Part shown: positions 16,879-22,196 of the stretch, in pieces
How positions within the stretch are numbered: position 1 is the stretch's first letter
How the letters are laid out: each line of letters begins with the position of its first letter
From: Candidatus Thorarchaeota archaeon
GTDB taxonomy: Archaea; Asgardarchaeota; Thorarchaeia; Thorarchaeales; Thorarchaeaceae
DNA length: 22,196 bases
Assembly: GCA_003345545.1 (NCBI GenBank)
Contig: PRDH01000049.1
Span: 1 to 22,196 of the forward strand
Reading direction: 5' to 3'
Translations under genes and position numbers: made by a program
The notes under the pieces: generated by a model
Databases searched by the model: none
What the model saw: only the letters and a program-made list of their open reading frames with translations
Told to the model about the DNA's origin: nothing

Positions 16879-17268
16879 CTAGGGTTTGGCAGTGCGCATA
16901 TTATAGACTTCATCCAAGATTGTTCTAAGACTAAGGAGGCCAATGAGCTTCCCCTGTCTATCGGTGACTGGCAAGTGTCGTATGTTATGGGTCCTCATGA
17001 TATTCAGAGCCTCTGCGAATGTAGCTCCCTCTTCCACTGTCTTGAGATTAGTCGTCATGGCCTCCTTGAGCGGTGTACTCAAGGGAACATCAGTAGCTAC
17101 GACTCGGATGGCATCCCGTTCAGTGAATATCCCCTTACACTTCCGGTCCTTGTCAATGATAATGACTGAGCCAATATGCTTGTGATAAAGGGTGCCAATC
17201 GCCTCTTTGATAGAGATATCCCCCGAAGCAATCACTACATCTTCAATCATGAAACCGTTAATCTTCAA
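16879..17268 (-). CDS. Stand-alone CBS-pair (Bateman) domain protein
   Basis: IGSVIIID...GIFTERD and IRHLPVTD...IGLLSLRTIL; TTG start. Confidence 0.9.
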   Translation of the reverse strand: MKINGFMIEDVVIASGDISIKEAIGTLYHKHIGSVIIIDKDRKCKGIFTERDAIRVVATDVPLSTPLKEAMTTNLKTVEEGATFAEALNIMRTHNIRHLPVTDRQGKLIGLLSLRTILDEVYNMRTAKP

Positions 17269-17458
17269 TCAACCATTCCTCTCATCCGTTGCTTGCCAGA
17301 TAGGGGTATTTAACATGATGGTAGGGCTAGACTGCATGGTAAGGGCAATCCCTTTCAACATCTCTCTCTAGTTGAAACTCAGGTCCGACTATTAGACACA
17401 CATTGTAGTCATGTGCAAGAAGCTACATCTTTTATCTCTTGCATCATTACTAGAATGT

Positions 17459-18112
17459 ATGGAAAAAGTGGAATATGTCACAGCTGCTATGATAGTTGCG
17501 CATCCTGATGATGAAACGATCTGGGCTGGAGGGACTGTGCTCATCCACCCGGACTGGCATTGGACAATTGTATCGCTCTGTCGTGGAAGCGACACAGATC
17601 GGGCGCCAAAATTCATTCGCGCTGTCCAGCAACTTGGCGGAGTCAGTGAGATTGGTGATCTTGATGATGGAACAGAGCAATTGCCTCTATCAGAAGCTGA
17701 TGTACAGCAAATGGTGCTCTCCTTATTGCCTGAAAAGCATTTTGACCTTATCCTGACCCACAGTCCACATGGAGAATACACACGGCATCGACGCCACGAA
17801 GAAATCGGGACAGCAGTTGCTTTACTATGGGAGAAAGAACTGATTAAAGCAAAAGAGGTCTGGATGTTCGCTTATGAGGATGGTGGAAAGGGTGGTAAGG
17901 ATGATCTCCCTAAAGCGATTAAGACGGCACATCTGATATCATACTTGCCTGAGGACATATGGCTAAGGAAGTATACTATCGTTAATGCCATATATGGCTT
18001 TGCTCCTGGGACATATGAAGCTGATATCGTCATGAGAGAAGAAGCGTTCTGGTGTTTCCAATCCCCTGTTGAATTCCGAAAATGGTCAAAGACCGAGAGG
18101 CGGAAGCGATGA
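17459..18112 (+). CDS. PIG-L/LmbE family N-acetyl-sugar deacetylase
   Basis: AHPDDE metal motif, LDDG, and THSPHGEYTRHRRH (variant of the HxDH motif). Start set at ATG 17459, after TTTTATC at 17430-17436. Confidence 0.8.
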   Translation: MEKVEYVTAAMIVAHPDDETIWAGGTVLIHPDWHWTIVSLCRGSDTDRAPKFIRAVQQLGGVSEIGDLDDGTEQLPLSEADVQQMVLSLLPEKHFDLILTHSPHGEYTRHRRHEEIGTAVALLWEKELIKAKEVWMFAYEDGGKGGKDDLPKAIKTAHLISYLPEDIWLRKYTIVNAIYGFAPGTYEADIVMREEAFWCFQSPVEFRKWSKTERRKR

Positions 18113-19251
18113 GGGTACTAGTACTATACGACTATCCACCTCCCCCTGGAGGACTGGCAACCCAAGGTGACCTACTCTACAAGGGACTCAAAGAATTAGG
18201 GATTGACGCTCAAGCGGTTCATTATTCTTCTGCACAGGAAAAGGAATGGTACTACCGCTGGTACAAACCAGATATAGTTGTGGGAGTGGGCTACTGGGGA
18301 AATACGCCTGATTTGGTTCTCCATGCTCAGCGGTATGGGGTCCTACCGGTGCCCTGGCTGGTGGCCGATGGCTATGTAGCGAATTATCAGGAGATCCTTA
18401 ACGCACTGCCTCTCATTCTGGTCACATCGCAATGGGTTAAAGATGTCTACAAACGCGATGGTCTGCACGGCAAGAATATAGAGGTTTTGCCAGTTGGAGT
18501 AGACACTGAATCCTTCGTGCCACGCGACAAGAGTGAACAGAAAGTGGCCTGTGTCCGTGAGGCATTAGGCGTTAAGCCTGAAGACATTATGATTCTTACT
18601 GTAGGCGGAGATGCCGCATCCAAAGGCGCACAGGAAGTGATGCAAGCTCTGGCGATTATTGATGGCAAAGCGCCAAAGTGGAAATACGTGTGCAAGGTCT
18701 GGCCACAGCCCAGGACTTTGCAGCAGAATCTCATGGATCTTCAGCTAGCGACCTCCCTTGGCATAATGAACAAGGTGATCTACACCACTAACATCGTTTC
18801 GCGGAATTTCATGCCTTACCTTCTGAATGCGTGTGACATTTACGCTGCTCCCTCAAGGTTGGAGGGATTCGGGATGCCGCAAGTTGAGGCAGGAGCCTGC
18901 GGCAAGCCGGTAGTTTCTATCAAAGCTATGGCTATGCTTGACACACTAGTCCATGGTGAAACAGCTTTCTTGGCTGATATCGCCATGGAGGTCGTGATTA
19001 AAGAAACAACTGCCGGGGAGGAGTCTGGCTGGGAGCCAGGGCATAGGATAGTCTTTCAGAATCCACATACTGTCGATTATCGGGCCAGTGTTCATGATAT
19101 AGCTGACTACCTGTTGACTCTCATGCAAGATGAGAAACTGCGACGGCGGATGGGGGAAGCGGGGAGGAGAAGAGTGGTAGAGAACTATGACTACCGAATT
19201 GTAGCAAAAAGGTTTGTTCAGATCATCTCGGAAAAACTGGGGCTTACATGA
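18109..19251 (+). CDS. Glycosyltransferase family 4 (GT-B, retaining)
   Basis: PPPPGGL N-terminus, GVDTESF, KG and PSRLEGFGMPQVEAGACGKPVV (EX7E). ATGA overlap with the deacetylase stop. Confidence 0.9.
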   Translation: MRVLVLYDYPPPPGGLATQGDLLYKGLKELGIDAQAVHYSSAQEKEWYYRWYKPDIVVGVGYWGNTPDLVLHAQRYGVLPVPWLVADGYVANYQEILNALPLILVTSQWVKDVYKRDGLHGKNIEVLPVGVDTESFVPRDKSEQKVACVREALGVKPEDIMILTVGGDAASKGAQEVMQALAIIDGKAPKWKYVCKVWPQPRTLQQNLMDLQLATSLGIMNKVIYTTNIVSRNFMPYLLNACDIYAAPSRLEGFGMPQVEAGACGKPVVSIKAMAMLDTLVHGETAFLADIAMEVVIKETTAGEESGWEPGHRIVFQNPHTVDYRASVHDIADYLLTLMQDEKLRRRMGEAGRRRVVENYDYRIVAKRFVQIISEKLGLT

Positions 19252-19252
19252 G

Positions 19253-20446
19253 ATGAAAGCACAACAATGGAGTAGTGTTAGGGAAACCAAGAAAGCAGCC
19301 CTGGAGGTCTTGCTGCACAATGCCCGAGGTCCGTACCATTCACTGCCTAGAGCCGCAGGATGGGGGTACCCAGAGCCTTACACCCGTGATCTCTTAATCT
19401 CCGGGCTAGGCGTACTAGCCTGCGGGAACCAAAAGTTGACGACAATTTTGCGACGTGTACTCCAGACGCTAGCTAGAAATCAAAGCCAATTGGGGCAAAT
19501 TCCGGTACTTGTTCATGACCCAAATGAACTTAATTCAAGCGATTCGACCCCGCTTTTTCTTCTAGCCGTCGGTCTATATAGAAAAGCAACCGGGGACGCC
19601 AACTTCCTTGATGCTGCAGTACAGAAAGCGATGACATGGATGGAATACCAAAGTCCAGCGAATGAAGTAATGGTAGCCCAATTGCCAACCAGTGATTGGC
19701 GAGATGAGCAATGGGTATTGGGGTACGGGCTTTATGTGAACGCCCTAGTCTACAGTTATCTTCTCCTGCACAATCAAACCGAGAGAGCCTCTAGGATTCG
19801 GGACGAGTTGAACAAATATACGGTTCGCGGTGAAGTTCAGCCCAGACACGTCCAGAAAGGATTGGTGCCACGTCGTCAACCCTATTATGCTGCCTGGGTC
19901 TATAAAGTCCTCAGCGACGAACATTTCGACCTCTTAGGCAATAGCTTGGCTATCCTCTCAGGTCTCGCCTCTCCGTCGAGAGCCAAGAGAATAGTTACGT
20001 GGATAGAGCGTGAATGTCAGACAATGCGTGAACAAGGCCAGCTAGCGCTTGACCTCGCTCCCAATTTCGTCCCCTACATTCATCCAGAGGATCGAGATTG
20101 GCATCCCAGATACGCTACGTTCAATCTTCCTGGTGAATATCACAATGGAGGAGTCTGGCCTTTTGTTTGTGGTTTCCACATAGCTGCGATTGTGGCAACA
20201 GGCAAGATTTCTTTGGCGGAGAAAAAACTGCTCGCATTAACTGAACTGGTTCGCCCTTCACGTGAAGCTAATGTCGACTTCGGCTTCAATGAATGGTTTC
20301 GGGCTCAAGATGGTACACCAAGAGGACAAGACTGGCAGAGTTGGTCAGCGGGGATGTATTTGTACGCCGCGATTTCGGTCGAACAAAGACAAACCCCGTT
20401 TTTTGATGAAATTCGAAGTCTCTCACAAGAAGCATTTTCAGAATGA
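19253..20446 (+). CDS. Six-hairpin glycoside hydrolase, GH100 (alkaline/neutral invertase)/amylo-alpha-1,6-glucosidase-like
   Basis: YTRD, DSTPLF, SDWRD, FDLLGNSLAILSG, PGEYHNGGVWPF, FNEW and QSWSAGMY motifs. ATG at 19253, 1 nt gap after the GT4 stop. Confidence 0.8.
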   Translation: MKAQQWSSVRETKKAALEVLLHNARGPYHSLPRAAGWGYPEPYTRDLLISGLGVLACGNQKLTTILRRVLQTLARNQSQLGQIPVLVHDPNELNSSDSTPLFLLAVGLYRKATGDANFLDAAVQKAMTWMEYQSPANEVMVAQLPTSDWRDEQWVLGYGLYVNALVYSYLLLHNQTERASRIRDELNKYTVRGEVQPRHVQKGLVPRRQPYYAAWVYKVLSDEHFDLLGNSLAILSGLASPSRAKRIVTWIERECQTMREQGQLALDLAPNFVPYIHPEDRDWHPRYATFNLPGEYHNGGVWPFVCGFHIAAIVATGKISLAEKKLLALTELVRPSREANVDFGFNEWFRAQDGTPRGQDWQSWSAGMYLYAAISVEQRQTPFFDEIRSLSQEAFSE

Positions 20447-20706
20447 AAAGGCTGGCTAGATATGAAGATAAACATACGCGGGCGCTTGATGAAGGGAGTC
20501 TTTTCTATAATCGGAAAGTGCCGGTCTATAGACGGGCAATGGACCATTTCACACTCCGTCCTCATCTGCAATGACAATCGCTATAATATGCCCAGACCAT
20601 ACTGGACAATGGTAAGTCATTTTGACCAAGATTAGGGTATGAAACAGCTGCGCCGAGTAGTTTCCGCGCCATGACATATATAATAGCAGTCTATTCACTT
20701 GAAAGC

Positions 20707-21180
20707 ATGAAAGAGAAATCCAAGTTTTCAGTTACATCCAAAGACGATTCAATTGTAGAGCTTGTGAAAAAGACTGACCAAAAAACACTAGCCATCTGGG
20801 CAGTCGATTGTGTCGAGCGTGTCATGCCATACTTTGAGGAAAAGTACCCCGAAGACGCCCGCCCCCGAAGAGCTATTGAAACGCTCCGCAAATGGATACG
20901 TACCGGGATATTCGAGATGGCAGATGTACGCAAAGCTGCACTTGATGCTCATGCGGCGGCTCGGGAGGTAGGAGAAGATAGTGCTGCTCGCTCTGCTGCC
21001 CGTGCCGCAGGTCAAGCGGTGGCAACTGCGCATGTTCCTACTCATTCCATTGGTGCTGCAAATTATGCCTTGCAGGCTATTCATAGAACCGCCAGCTCCT
21101 CTGATGCCGGTGCTGCCATAGCCAAAGAACGAGATTGGCAGTACAAGCACTTGCTTGAATTGGGGAATAGCCTACCCTGA
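20707..21180 (+). CDS. Imm5-like putative immunity protein
   Basis: WAVDCVERV...YPEDARPRRAIE...AHAAARE...AARAAGQAVATAHVPTH...ERDWQ. Start moved to ATG 20707, after the TATATAA box at 20677-20683. Confidence 0.75.
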   Translation: MKEKSKFSVTSKDDSIVELVKKTDQKTLAIWAVDCVERVMPYFEEKYPEDARPRRAIETLRKWIRTGIFEMADVRKAALDAHAAAREVGEDSAARSAARAAGQAVATAHVPTHSIGAANYALQAIHRTASSSDAGAAIAKERDWQYKHLLELGNSLP

Positions 21181-21266
21181 TTCCAAATCTGATGACTGAT
21201 AAGTAGCATTTGACAGCTAGAATCTGATGAGCATTGGTTCTCTCTCAATCGTCTTCGCTCTGAGGC

Positions 21267-21563
21267 CTACCTATCACTTGCAACTTGACCTTGGCTCAGT
21301 TTCTCAATCGCTTGAAGCGCTTCGTCTACCTTCTTCTGAGAGAGAATTGCTCTGATGGCATCAAGTTCGTTCTGGCTCCTTATGATGATACCAAACTTGT
21401 TCATTGGATTTCCGCTCTCGCCAATCGGATTGATCTCAACAGCCAGATAGGCTGGCTCATTCTTGTATTGAGGTATCTTCCTGATGAATACTCCAGGTTC
21501 AGCAGTCCTCAATCGTTCGAACTTCCTTCCGTGCTTGAGCATATCTCTCAGTGACTCTTCCAA
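21267..21563 (-). CDS. Small conserved archaeal hypothetical protein (possibly PC4/Whirly-like nucleic-acid binder)
   Basis: PGVFIRKIP...LAVEINP.G..GNP...GIIIRS..EL is a beta-strands-plus-helix pattern I recall from archaeal hypotheticals. GGTGA SD and TTG start. The paralogous remnant at 8192-8294 supports coding status. The fold guess is weak. Confidence 0.7.
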   Translation of the reverse strand: MEESLRDMLKHGRKFERLRTAEPGVFIRKIPQYKNEPAYLAVEINPIGESGNPMNKFGIIIRSQNELDAIRAILSQKKVDEALQAIEKLSQGQVASDR

Positions 21564-21666
21564 TCAGTTCACCCATTCATCATAATCTGCAGTCTTGATA
21601 AACTGCGTGACATCTTGCCTGCACGGATGACATTCAGGCCCGAGGATTGTGCAAATCAAGACTGTC

Positions 21667-22194
21667 TTACCATTGCTTCCTGTATCTCACGAATAACACT
21701 ATGCCAAGAACTGCTATCGCGCTCGCAGTGACGATTACAGCAGTAATGAGAAATGAAGAATCTCCAGTATCGGTTACAATTTCAACCTGAAGAATTTCAA
21801 GACCATCCTCCCCATCTGCCACTAGGACCAAGTCATCAGCTACGTCTAGATTTGTAGCACTCCCGCCATCGAAGTAATGCCCAATCTCAGTGATATCAGT
21901 AGGGTCTCCGGTTGTCAGAGCCTCCAGACCATCATTCCGGTCAGCAACAATGATGTAGTCCCCAAAGAACTCTGAGCCAACAGCATTCCCTCCATCGTAA
22001 TAGTTGCCTATCTCTACGAGAGAGTTGGGATTGCTGACATTGAAGACCTTGACGCCCCCGTACGAACACATCATGTACGCAACATCTCCGACGAAATCAA
22101 TGGAGAAGATCTCGCCATCGATTGTGTACTCAGCGATCTCTTCTATGCTTGACAGATTAGAGATGTCCAGAATTCTCAGTGCCTTCTCAGATGC
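21667..22194 (-). CDS. LVIVD-repeat beta-propeller protein with C-terminal TM anchor, 5'-partial
   Basis: The frame is open to the window edge. Repeats include LRILDISN, VKVFNVSNP, YIIVADRNDGLE and LVLVADGEDGLEIL. A hydrophobic helix is followed by RYRKQW. Confidence 0.85.
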   Translation of the reverse strand, partial: ASEKALRILDISNLSSIEEIAEYTIDGEIFSIDFVGDVAYMMCSYGGVKVFNVSNPNSLVEIGNYYDGGNAVGSEFFGDYIIVADRNDGLEALTTGDPTDITEIGHYFDGGSATNLDVADDLVLVADGEDGLEILQVEIVTDTGDSSFLITAVIVTASAIAVLGIVLFVRYRKQW

Positions 22195-22196
22195 GG

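Noticed and set aside
20462-20635. 57-codon ORF MKINIRGRLMKGVFSIIG... after the GH100-like gene
   Set aside because: No recognisable motif or clear SD; cannot be supported.

Overview
Archaeal-looking window. The evidence is TATA-like boxes about 20-30 nt before starts, GGAGG/GGTGA Shine-Dalgarno sites, frequent TTG/GTG starts and archaeal-type VapBC/DUF2283 genes. An Asgard (Thorarchaeota-like) origin is my impression only. (1) 1-5365 is the 3' part of a very large (>1787 aa) mosaic extracellular protein. It carries a Gly-rich hydrophobic helical segment, two blocks of Ca-binding DxDxDG repeats, an FG-GAP (integrin-alpha-like) propeller that appears inserted inside an NHL propeller, an HLS autoproteolysis-like motif, an LWPPN Ig-like domain and a His/Cys/Trp tail. 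(2) An SDR and a double-hotdog MaoC hydratase converge. (3) From about 7470 there is a scarred accessory zone: a 20-nt tRNA 3'-end fragment (candidate att site), an intact VapBC, a DUF2283 antitoxin whose DUF4258 partner is truncated and joined to a remnant of a gene that is intact at 21267-21563, a tautomerase, an ABC exporter, and a TPR gene truncated at a second copy of the sequence that trails the tRNA fragment. A GAGAGAGG-N5-7-CCTCTCTC hairpin family recurs four times. (4) A phosphohexomutase is followed by an approximately 7-kb carbohydrate cluster: GT4, six-hairpin glycosidase-like, GH130, CBS, PIG-L deacetylase, GT4, GH100/GDE-like. (5) The window ends with an orphan Imm5-like gene, a small conserved archaeal protein and the 3' end of a membrane-anchored LVIVD-repeat protein. 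All family calls come from motif recognition by eye; no searches were run.
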